This document shows positions 50,665 to 60,672 of a DNA stretch of 64,000 nucleotides, piece after piece. This stretch comes from an uncultured Chloroflexia bacterium (GTDB lineage: Bacteria; Chloroflexota; Limnocylindria; Limnocylindrales; CSP1-4): the NCBI GenBank assembly GCA_963768655.1, contig CAVYIM010000004.1, positions 448,001-512,000 on the forward strand. The letters are read 5' to 3'. The position numbers and the translations under genes are program-made. Positions within the stretch are counted from its first letter, which is position 1, and each line of letters opens with the position of its first letter. Under the pieces are notes generated by a model. It was not told where the DNA came from, did not search any database, and saw only the letters and a program-made list of their open reading frames with translations.

Positions 50665-51681
50665 TCAGGACCCGGCGACCGCCTTGAGGACGCGGCACGC
50701 CCGGAGCGTGACCCACTTGCTCGGCTGATTGGGCCGGTCTATGTCGATCGCCATCTTGCCCGCGTACGAGTACTTGTTCGGCCACCGACCATCTTCGTCC
50801 TGCCGGGCGACGACCCAGTCGATTGCCCGATCGAGGCGCCGATCGTCAGCCCTGCCGGCGTCGCACAGAGCCTCGAGCGTCTGCAGCAGGTCGGCGACGT
50901 ATCCGGACGGGAAGCCGAGCTTGAACCAGGCGCTCGCCGGCGCGGTGTTCGGGCCCATCGGGTAGTCGGCGACCGAGGGGTCGCGGCTCAGCAAGAAGGC
51001 CGCGCCCGCTTCGAGCGCACGCGCGACCGCCGGCGTCCGTCTCTCGGCGGGGATGCGAGCCAGTGCCAGAACGGCCTTCGTGGCTCCCCAGGCGCAGGGA
51101 TCGCCGTAGTTCATGCCGCAGCGGAAGCCCGGGCCCGCCGTGGTGGACCTGTAGTACGCGATCTCGCCCTCGCCGGTGATCGAGGCAGCCTGCCAGTCCA
51201 GCGAGCGCTGCACGCGCGGGTCGTCGAGCAGGCCGAAGCCGATCAGGGCCCTTAGCAGGTTGCCGTTCAGGCAATGCACCACGCCCGACGGCGCCGGTCT
51301 GGACAGCCCCGACGCCATCGCCCCGAAACCGCCGCCGATCGACTGCGAATGCTCGAGAACGTACTCGCAGGCCTTGCGAATCCGGGCGTCGCTGCCGTCC
51401 GCGCCGAGCTGGTCGAGGAAGATGACCTGCCACACCGTGCCGGTGTACTTGGGACCGTAGCCGTGTCCCGGCTTCGCCCACCAGCCCTCGGCGTTCTGGG
51501 CCGCCAGGATCGAGGCGATCGGATCGGCGCGCATCGCCGCGGCGCGGGCGGCGACCACTTCGGCGTCGTCGCCGCGCCTGTCCAGGAGCTGGCGCAGGGC
51601 CAGGTGCCGCACTGCCGGCGTCTCCTCCTCGAGCAGCCACGGCAGCGGGTCCGACTTGAGGCGATCCACCCATCCGCTCAC
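50665..51681 (-). CDS. Prenyltransferase/squalene-cyclase-like alpha-alpha repeat protein
   Basis: PLPWLLE, QNAEGWW, YGPKYTGT.W, GFPSGY..D.L and PSKWVTLRA motifs. Confidence 0.7.
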   Translation of the reverse strand: MSGWVDRLKSDPLPWLLEEETPAVRHLALRQLLDRRGDDAEVVAARAAAMRADPIASILAAQNAEGWWAKPGHGYGPKYTGTVWQVIFLDQLGADGSDARIRKACEYVLEHSQSIGGGFGAMASGLSRPAPSGVVHCLNGNLLRALIGFGLLDDPRVQRSLDWQAASITGEGEIAYYRSTTAGPGFRCGMNYGDPCAWGATKAVLALARIPAERRTPAVARALEAGAAFLLSRDPSVADYPMGPNTAPASAWFKLGFPSGYVADLLQTLEALCDAGRADDRRLDRAIDWVVARQDEDGRWPNKYSYAGKMAIDIDRPNQPSKWVTLRACRVLKAVAGS

Positions 51682-51691
51682 GGAGCGGAAT

Positions 51692-52579
51692 TTATCCCAG
51701 ACCGCGGCCGGCGGACGGCCGCTCGCGTTGCCGCAGGGCCACCAGCCGCCACGCCGCCAGCACCAGCGGCGGGCCCATGACGAGCGGGCCGACGACGGCC
51801 ACGCCGGCCGGCTCCACGCCGGAGAGCAGGTCCGACACGAGCATCAGGCCGTAGGCGGCGACCGGCAGGGCCGCGGCGCCCGCGCCCAGGGGACCGGCGG
51901 CGCCCGCGCCCACGAGATCGGCGGCGCCGAGAGAACCGGACGCCGCCGGCGCCGTCCGCTGTTCGATGGCCCGGTACGCCAGGTAAACGGTGAAGGTCGT
52001 CAGCAGCCAGCCGAAGAAGTTCTGGATCGGGATGCCGAAGTACGGGCCGCCGTTCTCCCAGATCCACGCCCGCGCCGACGGCCCCGACAAGATCGGATCG
52101 ACCACGAAATCCCACGCCGTCATGACCGCGGCGCTCACCGCGGCCAGGCGCAACAGCCACGTCGCCCCCGCCCGCGTCCCCGTCGCGTGTCCGCCCAGAA
52201 CCAGGTTCGCGATCACGTAGCTCGGATAGATCATCATGAACCAGGCCAGCGGGATCAGGTACGGGACGTTGCCGAGCTTCGGACCGAGATAGTCGGTGTA
52301 GTGGTAGGTGCCGAAGATCAGGCCGGTCGCCACGCCCACCTGCTCGTACGCCCAGGAGACGACGGCGCTCAGGCCGAAGAAGACGAGCGTCAGCCGCCCA
52401 CCGATCGAATACCAGGCGTGCGTCAGGCTGAATAGCGCCAGGATCGAAGTCAGGAGGGTCAGCTCGTCCGGGAGCTTGGGCAGCCGAATGAGGCCGATCA
52501 CGAGCAGGCGGACAACGCCGTCGTAGGCGAAGATCGCCAGCAGCACACAGGCGGCGACCAGAAGGATCCGGGTCCGCAT
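51692..52579 (-). CDS. Carotenoid biosynthesis membrane protein (CruF/DUF422 family)
   Basis: EQVGVATGLIFGTYHY, LGPKLGNVP..IPLAW, WDFVVDP and GIPIQNFFGW motifs; GGAGG RBS. Confidence 0.82.
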   Translation of the reverse strand: MRTRILLVAACVLLAIFAYDGVVRLLVIGLIRLPKLPDELTLLTSILALFSLTHAWYSIGGRLTLVFFGLSAVVSWAYEQVGVATGLIFGTYHYTDYLGPKLGNVPYLIPLAWFMMIYPSYVIANLVLGGHATGTRAGATWLLRLAAVSAAVMTAWDFVVDPILSGPSARAWIWENGGPYFGIPIQNFFGWLLTTFTVYLAYRAIEQRTAPAASGSLGAADLVGAGAAGPLGAGAAALPVAAYGLMLVSDLLSGVEPAGVAVVGPLVMGPPLVLAAWRLVALRQRERPSAGRGLG

Positions 52580-52610
52580 CGCTCCTCCGGGCTCGAATTT
52601 GCGCTCAGCG

Positions 52611-52803
52611 CGGAGGCACGATACAGCGCCCCGCCCGGATTGGTGGCTTGAGGTCGGGTGTAAGGTGATTTGGGCTAGCGGTTCGGTTGGGTTTGGGTCG
52701 TTGGTGGGACCCCCCATGACCACGGTCCTATTGAACGGGGAGTTTCCCGGGCCAACCTTGACGCATCATGATTCGCCCAGCTTCTGTCGCGTCGCGATTT
52801 CCG
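52611..52803 (+). ncRNA. Candidate long rod-shaped structured RNA (G-U rich)
   Basis: Nested pairings CGGAGG/TTTCCG, GTGTAAGGT/ACCTTGACGC, GTTCGGT/ATTGAAC and GGTCGTTGG/CCATGACC. Confidence 0.35.
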
Positions 52804-52826
52804 TTTGCCCTTGGGGGAGGCCGTAA

Positions 52827-53975
52827 ATGAGCACCGCCCAGGAGGCGCCAGCCCTAATCCAGTACGCATGCGAGCGCTGCAAGACGCGGTTCGTCCTGCC
52901 GCCGTCTCGGCGTCGCCTGGGGTTCGGCGGCCGCCTCCACGCCTCCGGCATGGCGCTGAGCCGCAGTCTCCGCTACCACGAAGGGCTGGGCTCCAGCTAC
53001 GACGGCGCTCGCCGGCAGCTGCTGGCCAAGATGGACGACGACGCCTACCAGTCCTTCGTCCAGAGCTTCAAGTTCTGCCACGAATGCCGGCAGTTCGTCT
53101 GCTCTGAGTGCTGGAGCAACTCGCGCAAGACCTGCCTGGGTTGCTTCGCCAAGGCCGCGGGCACGGCCAACAGGCAGCGACCGCCATTCGCGCCCGAGGG
53201 CCCTTCGATCCCGCGGCCCGCCGCTGGGGCAGCCGCTGCCGGGACGGCCGCGGCTTTCAGCGCTGTTGCGGGGAGGACATCCGCCGCCACTCCTGCCGCG
53301 GGCAGAAACTCCGCGTTTACGCCCGCCGCCGGCAGAAACGCCGCCGTTACGGCGCCTCCCGCCCGGCGCCGCCGGCTCCGCACCGACGCCAGCCTGCTGG
53401 TCATGGGCGCGGCCGTCATCCTGCTGGCGGTGGAATTGGTCTTCATCCTGCCGGGCATCAGGGGCGGCAACTCCGGGGCCGGACCGACCGACCTCGCCGT
53501 GGTCAGCCCGACGGTCGCGTCGACTGGCACACCGGCGAGCGCGCCCACGCCGTCGGCCGTGATCGTGCCAACTGCCACGCCCACCGCTACGCCCACTCCG
53601 ACGCCGACTCCGACGCCCACACCGACGGCCACTCCCACTGAGACCCCTAGCCCGACCGCCTCGCCGACGCCCGTGGTGACGCCAAAGCCCACGGCGGCGC
53701 CAAAGCCCACGGCGGCGCCGAAGCCCTTCAAGACCCCGACGGTCAGCGGCAGTTCCACCGCGAGTTCGGTCACGTGCCGCTGGACCAACTACGACAGCCG
53801 CGCGTCGAGCGTTGCCTGGACGCTTTCGACCCCCACCAGCGGGCATCTCTACAGTACCAAGAAGGCCGGATCGGTTACTTGGACGATAACAGACCCGGGT
53901 ACTTTCGGCTGCCAAGTGTCGGCCACGTACGGAGGCAAGGTGTACACGTCGGATGTGGCGTCGGTCGCGCAGTGA
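52827..53975 (+). CDS. Membrane protein with N-terminal multi-CxxC zinc finger, Pro/Thr linker and C-terminal beta domain
   Basis: CERC...CHEC-x4-CSEC-x7-CLGC, TM helix, (PT)n linker; GGAGG RBS. Confidence 0.75.
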   Translation: MSTAQEAPALIQYACERCKTRFVLPPSRRRLGFGGRLHASGMALSRSLRYHEGLGSSYDGARRQLLAKMDDDAYQSFVQSFKFCHECRQFVCSECWSNSRKTCLGCFAKAAGTANRQRPPFAPEGPSIPRPAAGAAAAGTAAAFSAVAGRTSAATPAAGRNSAFTPAAGRNAAVTAPPARRRRLRTDASLLVMGAAVILLAVELVFILPGIRGGNSGAGPTDLAVVSPTVASTGTPASAPTPSAVIVPTATPTATPTPTPTPTPTPTATPTETPSPTASPTPVVTPKPTAAPKPTAAPKPFKTPTVSGSSTASSVTCRWTNYDSRASSVAWTLSTPTSGHLYSTKKAGSVTWTITDPGTFGCQVSATYGGKVYTSDVASVAQ

Positions 53976-54151
53976 CGTTCCGATCTCCCGCCCGGCCCCT
54001 GGAATAGGCCGCTACCTGCCGATCGCCGGAGAGTAGCTGCGCAAAGAGCCGTGACAGCTCCCGCACGGCCACGCCCTCCCGTGCCGCGCCGGCGCTGCCG
54101 ATACGTCCACCAGCCGACTCGACGCCGAGCCGCGCAGCGGAGGGCATCGAG

Positions 54152-54307
54152 ATGCCAATCGCCTGGGATCCGGCGACCATGTCGAGCGGGGACCCGACCG
54201 TCGACCAGCAGCGTCGCCAGGTCATCGAGTGGCTGAACGACCTGTTCGCGGCGATGTCCGCGGAGCGGGCCGGGGCGGAGGTCGGGGCCGTCCTGGCCAG
54301 GCTGGAC
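54152..54307 (+). pseudogene. Truncated bacteriohemerythrin-like relic
   Basis: MPIAWDPATMSSGDPTVDQQRRQVIEWLNDL resembles the hemerythrin N-terminus (W....S.G...ID.QH) with His replaced by Arg; later HF..EE motifs are absent. Confidence 0.6.
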
Positions 54308-54432
54308 ACCCGGAGCGATCCCGCCGAGCCTGTCGCTCTCCTATCCGGCGTAACTCCCACCTGGGGCAGGTCCGACCAGACACCGGGCGTCACGACCGGT
54401 GCTGCACTCACGCCGGGCAGGCGGAACGCGGC

Positions 54433-55941
54433 TCAGCCGTTCGGGGAGTAGATCGTCAGGCACGCCGCGATGACGCAGCGCTGCTCTGTCCGGCGGTAGC
54501 CGGCTGGGAGCGACGGGGGAGTGGCGCCCGGGTCGGCGACGAAGAAGACCGTGCCGCCGGCCGCGGCCACCTCGGCGGGCACGGCGTGGACGACGGCGTC
54601 GGGCGGGTAGGCGGCCGTGCCGAAATACCAGGGCGGGTCCGACGCGGCCAGGACGTGGAGGTCGGCGCGAACCGTCGGGCCGGCTTCTGCGAGCAGCACC
54701 AGATAGTGGTCCGGGTCGGCGGCGACGAGATCGTGTGAACCGGCGCGCGACTCTATCTCCGGCAGCAGCGAAGTGGTTTCGGGGTGGGTGATGACCGTGC
54801 CGAGGGCGAGCGAGGGCACCGCGACGGCGACCACCAGCGCGGCGGCGAGACGGCCAGGGACTGCGGCCAGCCCGACTCCTCCGAGGGCGAAGAGCGGCAG
54901 CCACATGACCCCGGCGTAGCGCGCCTCGAGGATCGGCTGCCACACGCTCACGACCGCAAGGACGACGACGCCGCCGCAGGCGAGCAGCAGGAAGACGGCC
55001 GCGCGGCGGGCTTCGGGTTCGAGCCGGCGCCAGCGCCAGGGGGCGGAAGCCACGCCGGCCAGGGCGACGGCGGCGAGCGCGACCGAGCCGGCGGCGACGG
55101 CGACGACCTGCAGCGCCAGCAGCACGTCGCGGGCGGGCACTCCCGATCCGACGGCCGGGCCGGCGAACAGCTGGCCGAATGTGCCGGCGACCGACTCCGG
55201 GCTGAGCGGCGGAATCCAGAACGCCTGCCCGGCGTGGCCGAGCTGGGCGCCGGCGAAGAAGAGCCACGGACCGATGCTGACGAACGCGATCGCTGTGGCG
55301 GCGCCGGCGGCGGCCAGCGCGCGGCGGCCCGGCCGGAGCCAGGCCATGGCGGCGAGCACGCCGAGCAGCGCAACCGCGGCGAAGTAGTCGGTCCAGACGG
55401 CCGCGGCCGCGGTGGCGCAGTACGCGACCCACAGCCGGGCGCGCGGCCTCTGGACCGCCTGCCACACGATCAGCGTCGCGGCGACGACCAGCGCTCCCGC
55501 CGCCGAGTACATTCGGGCGTTTTCGGAGGCAATGACCGTGGCCGGCAGGACCGCCCCGAACGCCGCGGCCCACAGTCCGGCGGCATCGCCGGCGACCCGA
55601 CGGGCCAGCGCGCCCAGCAGCGGGATCAGCGCGATCCCCGCCAGGGCGGGCACGAGCCGCAACGCCGCGGGACTGGCGTCGACCTGCGCGACGAGCCACT
55701 CCAGCACGTAGAAGAGCGGCGGCGCGCTGTCGCGGCTCACGATCCCGAGCATGTCGCCCAGCGGCCGGCCAACCGCCGCAGCCGTGAAGTCCTCGTCGAT
55801 GCCGAGCGGTTGTCGGGCCAACAGCGCCAGCCGCAGCACCGCGCCGGCGGCCGTGATCGCCGCCAGCGCCTGGTCGTAGCGGGGCCGGCCGAGGCGCGCC
55901 GCAAGCCGGACGCCGAGCGCCTCGACCCGGCCGGCGCTCAC
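54433..55941 (-). CDS. GT39/PMT-like membrane glycosyltransferase
   Basis: LGIDE, DSAPPLFY and SENARMYS motifs; many TM helices. Confidence 0.8.
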   Translation of the reverse strand: MSAGRVEALGVRLAARLGRPRYDQALAAITAAGAVLRLALLARQPLGIDEDFTAAAVGRPLGDMLGIVSRDSAPPLFYVLEWLVAQVDASPAALRLVPALAGIALIPLLGALARRVAGDAAGLWAAAFGAVLPATVIASENARMYSAAGALVVAATLIVWQAVQRPRARLWVAYCATAAAAVWTDYFAAVALLGVLAAMAWLRPGRRALAAAGAATAIAFVSIGPWLFFAGAQLGHAGQAFWIPPLSPESVAGTFGQLFAGPAVGSGVPARDVLLALQVVAVAAGSVALAAVALAGVASAPWRWRRLEPEARRAAVFLLLACGGVVVLAVVSVWQPILEARYAGVMWLPLFALGGVGLAAVPGRLAAALVVAVAVPSLALGTVITHPETTSLLPEIESRAGSHDLVAADPDHYLVLLAEAGPTVRADLHVLAASDPPWYFGTAAYPPDAVVHAVPAEVAAAGGTVFFVADPGATPPSLPAGYRRTEQRCVIAACLTIYSPNG

Positions 55942-57485
55942 GGCGTCGCCGCCCAGACGACCGGCTTTCCGGCAGGATCCCAGGCTACCGGCTGCGCCCC
56001 GGCGGCGGCCGCAGGCCCCAGGGTCGATGCCAGATCCTCGAGGCTGAGCGCCAGGTAGATGGGATGCGCCGAGGGATCGGCCACCGTCGACCCGGGCGCG
56101 TAGATCGTCACCGGCTCGGAGGCGTCCAGGAATTCGACGTCCATCGCCGAATAGTCGTCCAGGATGACCGCCGTGCCCGGATGATCGGCGGCATATGAGG
56201 CCAGCGAGACGATCGGATAGCTAAAGGCCGCATAGCGGTCGGCTACCGGCCTGGTGAGGTACGCCCACCCGCTCCAGGCGGCGACCGCGGTCAAGGTCAC
56301 CGCCACGACGGCCATCGCCAGCCAGCACGCCCCGCGGCTCCCGCGCCGGCGCACCTGCTCCACGATCTCGGCGGCTCCGAGTCCGATCGCGACACCAAGG
56401 GGCGCCGCCAGACCGAGCGCCCGCAGGAAATGGGGAGAGCCGCCTTCGACGGCTACGAGCGGCGCGAGCAGGAAGACGGGCAGTGCCAGCAGGATCAGGG
56501 AGTGGCTCGGGTCGCGGCGCATCCGCCACAGCCGGGCCAGTCCGGCGGCCGCCACGACGGTGAGTGGCAGCGGCAGCAGCGGCAACCCCGCCACGTCGTG
56601 GCGCGCATTGGGGTCGCCCGTCAGCCCGAACATCGCCACCGTCCGCAGCACGTGCACGATCGGGTTCGAGTCCGCATTCACGTCCGGGTTCAGGGCACTG
56701 GTCGCCGCCGCGCGGCCGAAGTAGTTGCTCGGGTTCGTGACCGCCACGGCGATCATCGGCGCCGCCACGACCAGGAACGCCGCCGCGAACGGCACGATGC
56801 CGGCGCGCAGGCGCTCGTACGTGGGGCGGTCGGCGTGCCGTAGCCACACCAGCCACACGACCACGAGCACCGGCAGCAGCTTGAGCGGCTGGTACGTGTA
56901 CATCGCCGCGAGCGACGTCACCGCCCCGGCCAGGATCGCCATCCCGCGGCCCGGCCGCGTTGCCCAGTGAAGGAGCGCGATCAACGCCAGCGCCCCGAAG
57001 AACGGCACGATCATGTTGCGCATGCCGTCGCGGCTGACGCATACGAGCCAGAGCGAGCCCGCTGCCCAGGCCGCCGCCACGATCCCGATCCAGACCCCGA
57101 AGCGCCGCGCCAGGTGGCCGATCGCCAGCACGCCCGCGACACCGAACGCAGCCGCGGTCGCACGCAGCGCCAGCGCGCTCGCCCCGGCGAAGTTGAAGAC
57201 GCCGGCCACGACGTATGCGAAGAGCGCCTCTCGGCCGCCGTCGCTGGTAAACCAGACTCCGAAGTCGGCGTGGAAGCCGGGCTGGTGGAGCAGGCGCCAG
57301 GCGTCGAGCCCTTCGGCCGCCTCGTCGCCGTACAGTCCGCCGGGGTTGCCGGCGAGGTCGTAGAAGCGCAGGAAGATCGCGGCGGCGGCGATCGCGGTGA
57401 GAGCGGCGATGGCCGCCAGGGACGCCGGCGTCAGGAGCTGCCGCGCGCTCGCCTTCATCCGCGCCGCGAGTGCGCTCGAGAGCAT
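55938..57485 (-). CDS. GT39/ArnT-like membrane glycosyltransferase
   Basis: PGGLYGDEA, GREALFAY, VSRDGMRN and GDPNARH motifs; polytopic; ATG overlaps the upstream stop. Confidence 0.8.
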   Translation of the reverse strand: MLSSALAARMKASARQLLTPASLAAIAALTAIAAAAIFLRFYDLAGNPGGLYGDEAAEGLDAWRLLHQPGFHADFGVWFTSDGGREALFAYVVAGVFNFAGASALALRATAAAFGVAGVLAIGHLARRFGVWIGIVAAAWAAGSLWLVCVSRDGMRNMIVPFFGALALIALLHWATRPGRGMAILAGAVTSLAAMYTYQPLKLLPVLVVVWLVWLRHADRPTYERLRAGIVPFAAAFLVVAAPMIAVAVTNPSNYFGRAAATSALNPDVNADSNPIVHVLRTVAMFGLTGDPNARHDVAGLPLLPLPLTVVAAAGLARLWRMRRDPSHSLILLALPVFLLAPLVAVEGGSPHFLRALGLAAPLGVAIGLGAAEIVEQVRRRGSRGACWLAMAVVAVTLTAVAAWSGWAYLTRPVADRYAAFSYPIVSLASYAADHPGTAVILDDYSAMDVEFLDASEPVTIYAPGSTVADPSAHPIYLALSLEDLASTLGPAAAAGAQPVAWDPAGKPVVWAATP

Positions 57486-58477
57486 CAGCCCCGCGCCGCC
57501 TGCGCCAGGCGATGCATCTTGCGCTCGACCTGGATCGTCTCGCCGTTTTCGTGGCCGTTGAACGGGTAGACCGCGATCTCCTTTGGTCCGGCGTAGTGGT
57601 TGTACGCGGCGAAGACCGTCGAGGGCGGGCAGACGGTGTCCATCAGGGCCACTGCGAACAAAGCCGGCGTCTTCGCTCGGGCGGCGAAGTTGAGCCCGTC
57701 GAAGTACGAGAGCGTCTCGAAGACTCGCTCCTCCTGGTCGCGGTGGACCTTGCAGTAGCGAACGATCTCGTGGTACGGGTCGCCGTCGGTGATCTCCGTG
57801 GCGCGACGCCAGTGGCACATGAACGGCACGTCGGTCAGGGTCAGCAGCAGATCCGGCATCAAGCCGGCCGCGGCCAGGGCCAGCCCGCCGCCCTGGCTGC
57901 CGCCGTTGACGGCCACGCGCGCCGGATCGACCAGCGGATTGGCCCGCGCCGCTTCCACGGCCCGAACGGCGTCGGTGATGAGCCGCCGGTAGTAGTAGGT
58001 GTCGGGGTCGAGGATGCCGCGCGTGGCGAAGCCCGGGTACTGGCCGGTGGCCGCGCCGGATTCCGGGTCCGGTGTGTCGCCGGCGCGCCACGAGCTGCCC
58101 TGGCCGCGGACGTCCATGACGAGATGCGTGTAGCCGGCGCTCGGCGGCAGGAGCCAGTCGATCGGCCGGCCGCGGCCACCGCCGTAGCCGATGTACTCGA
58201 CCACGCACGGCAGCCGGCCGTTCCGGGCGAAGGGCGAGCCGGCCACGTCGCGGGGCGCCAGGAACCAGCCCTTTATCGGTTGCCCGCCGAAGCCGGCGAA
58301 TGCTACGTCCCAGACGTCGATCGTCGTCAGCCCGGCGTCGAACGGCACGAAGACCGGCGCCAGCGGGTGCGCTCGGGCGTCGGCGAGAGTGCCGGCCCAG
58401 AAGGTGTCGAAGTCGGCGGGCTCCTCGCGCTCGGGCTTGTACACCCGCAGCTCGGCCAGGGGTAGATCGAACAGCAT
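57485..58477 (-). CDS. Acetylxylan esterase / cephalosporin-C deacetylase (CE7)
   Basis: [39 protein letters not shown] and GHE motifs. Confidence 0.92.
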   Translation of the reverse strand: MLFDLPLAELRVYKPEREEPADFDTFWAGTLADARAHPLAPVFVPFDAGLTTIDVWDVAFAGFGGQPIKGWFLAPRDVAGSPFARNGRLPCVVEYIGYGGGRGRPIDWLLPPSAGYTHLVMDVRGQGSSWRAGDTPDPESGAATGQYPGFATRGILDPDTYYYRRLITDAVRAVEAARANPLVDPARVAVNGGSQGGGLALAAAGLMPDLLLTLTDVPFMCHWRRATEITDGDPYHEIVRYCKVHRDQEERVFETLSYFDGLNFAARAKTPALFAVALMDTVCPPSTVFAAYNHYAGPKEIAVYPFNGHENGETIQVERKMHRLAQAARG

Positions 58478-58540
58478 GCCTCGTCCTCCCGCCGAATTCG
58501 GCAGCGCGTCCGCTCGGCCGCCTCGACGGCCAAGTCTAGC

Positions 58541-58650
58541 GCCGCCCCGCCCAGCGCCGCGCCGGCTCGCCCCGCGCCGGCTCGCCCCGCCCAGCGCCAC
58601 CCGGCCCCGCCCAGCGCCGCGCCGGCTCGCCCCGCGCCGGCTCGCCCCGC
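58541..58650. repeat. GC-rich direct repeat with 60-bp period and internal 15-bp sub-repeats
   Basis: GCCCCGCCCAGCGCCGCGCCGGCTCGCCCCGCGCCGGCTCGCCCCGC at 58544 and 58604. Confidence 0.8.
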
Positions 58651-58895
58651 GTAATCCCCCACCATCGCCCGGGGCGATGCTAAGCGAGGTTCCTGCCAGC
58701 TCCTCCGGCTCGAGGCGCTGCTCGGGGCGTAGTGCGGGCCAGGTTCACGCACCGCAAGCGTGCCTCGGGTCGGCGCAAGGAGCCGGCCCGCCTTCTGCCG
58801 AGGCCGGACAGAGCGCGGTCGTGCCGTAGCATTGCCCGGGGTGATATTGGGTGAGGGAGCCGCGCCGCCCGGCTCGCCCGGGAGTCGCGGCAGTC

Positions 58896-60482
58896 CTACT
58901 GCACCCGCGCTTCGTGGCCCTTCCAGAACGGCTCGCGCAGCTCGGCCTTGAGGATCTTGCCGGTGCCGCCTTTGGGCAGAGCGTCGCGGAAGTGGATGTC
59001 GCGCGGGACCTTGAAGCGGGCGAGCTGCTGCTTGCAGTGGTCGCGCAGCTCCTTCACGGTGGCGGTGGCACCGGGCTTGAGCACGACGAGAGCGACAGGC
59101 GCCTCTCCGAGCGCCTTGTCCGGCGCGGAGACGACGGCGCATTCGAGCACGGCCGGGTGGGCCAGGATGGCGTTCTCGACTTCGACCGAAGAAATGTTCT
59201 CGCCGCCCCGGATGATGATGTCCTTGGAGCGGTCCTTGATCAGGACGTAGCCCTGTTCGTCGATGACGGCCATGTCGCCGGTGTACAGCCAGCCGTCGCG
59301 GATCGTGGCTTCCGTGGCCTCGGGGTCTTTGAAGTAGCAGTCCATGACGACGTTCGAGCGGACGACGATCTCGCCGATCTGCTCGCCGTCGGGGCGGACG
59401 TCGCGGCCGTCGGAGTGCAGGACCCGGATCTGCACACCCGGGAGCGGCCAGCCGGTCCAGGCCTGGCGTTCCTGGCGCTTCTCCGGCGGCTCGGATTCGG
59501 TGAGGAACGTCCGCGGCTGAGCGATCGTGAGAATGGGCGACGTCTCCGAGAGCCCGTAGCCGACGATCGCCTGGCAGCCAAAGACTTCCTCGAGGTTGCG
59601 GATCAGCGTCGGCGACGACGGCGCGCCGCCGGCGATCAGCTGGCGCAGGCTCGACAGGTCGTACTTGGTGCGGTCCGGGTGGTTGAGGACGGCGTTGAAG
59701 ATCCCCGGCACCGCCAGGACGCGGGTCACTTTGTGGCGCTCGATCGCCTGCATGAACGCCACCGGCTCGAACTTGCGCAACATGACGTGCTGGCCGCCGA
59801 CCATGGTCAGGAAGTGCGGCGTGCCCCAGCCGTTGACGTGGAAGAGCGGGACGACGTGGAGGACGACATCGTCCTGCGTGAACCCGAGGCCGATCTCCGC
59901 GTACATGCCGTGTAGATACAGCTCCCTGTGGGTCATCGAGACGCCCTTGGGGAAGCCGGTCGTGCCGCTGGTGTAGAAGAGCTCGGCGACACCGTTTTCG
60001 TCGATCTCGGGCGTGAGCGCATCGGGCGATCCGCCGGACAGGAATGCCTCGTATTCCTCGGAGGCCAGGCCGTCGGACGCGCCTTCCATGATCACGAAGC
60101 GAGGCTTGAGCGTCAGCTCGGCGGCCAGCACCTCGACCAGGGGCTTGAAGTCCTTGTGGAAGAAAAGGACCTTCGAGCCGGCGTGGCCGACGATGTAGGC
60201 GATCTCCCTGGGCGTCAGGCGGATGTTGATCGGGTTCAGCACCGCGCCGGCTTCGAGGACGCCGTAGTAGGCCTCGAGCAGCTGGTGGGTGTTGTAGGTC
60301 AGGAACGAGACCCGATCGCCGGGCTCGATCCCCGCCGCCACCAGGGCGTTGGCGAGTCGGTGCGTCCGCTCGCCGAACTGCCGGTAGGTGAAGCGTTTCT
60401 CCCCGTCGACGACCCCGACCTTTTCACCGAAATAGGCTTCCGCCCGGTCGCGGAATTCCAGCACCGAAAGGGGAACGAACAC
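58896..60482 (-). CDS. Long-chain fatty acid--CoA ligase
   Basis: YTSGTTGFPKG, PLFHVNGWG, GYGLSET, TGD, DRSKDIIIRGGENISS and LPKGGTGK motifs; AGGAGG RBS. Confidence 0.92.
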   Translation of the reverse strand: MFVPLSVLEFRDRAEAYFGEKVGVVDGEKRFTYRQFGERTHRLANALVAAGIEPGDRVSFLTYNTHQLLEAYYGVLEAGAVLNPINIRLTPREIAYIVGHAGSKVLFFHKDFKPLVEVLAAELTLKPRFVIMEGASDGLASEEYEAFLSGGSPDALTPEIDENGVAELFYTSGTTGFPKGVSMTHRELYLHGMYAEIGLGFTQDDVVLHVVPLFHVNGWGTPHFLTMVGGQHVMLRKFEPVAFMQAIERHKVTRVLAVPGIFNAVLNHPDRTKYDLSSLRQLIAGGAPSSPTLIRNLEEVFGCQAIVGYGLSETSPILTIAQPRTFLTESEPPEKRQERQAWTGWPLPGVQIRVLHSDGRDVRPDGEQIGEIVVRSNVVMDCYFKDPEATEATIRDGWLYTGDMAVIDEQGYVLIKDRSKDIIIRGGENISSVEVENAILAHPAVLECAVVSAPDKALGEAPVALVVLKPGATATVKELRDHCKQQLARFKVPRDIHFRDALPKGGTGKILKAELREPFWKGHEARVQ

Positions 60483-60672
60483 CAAAGACCTCCTCGTCGA
60501 TCTGGCCGCGGCGGCGTCTCGTGCGACGGCGGGAACGCCCACGTGACGCGGGACAAGATACCTGTCCGGAGCGGTCCATGAGAGGGTTTCGTGCGGGGGC
60601 GCGTCCGGTCGCCGGTGGGCGCGCGTCCGGTCGAAGGTGCGTGCGCGTCCGGTCGACCGGGCCCCGCTCGCG

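Noticed and set aside
50665-51681. Nitrogenase-related (NifH) label sometimes given to this family
   Set aside because: No P-loop or NifH Cys motifs are present.
55938-58208. 756-aa extended GT39 ORF
   Set aside because: The N-terminal 240 aa are an off-frame reading of the CE7 esterase; the real start is near 57485.
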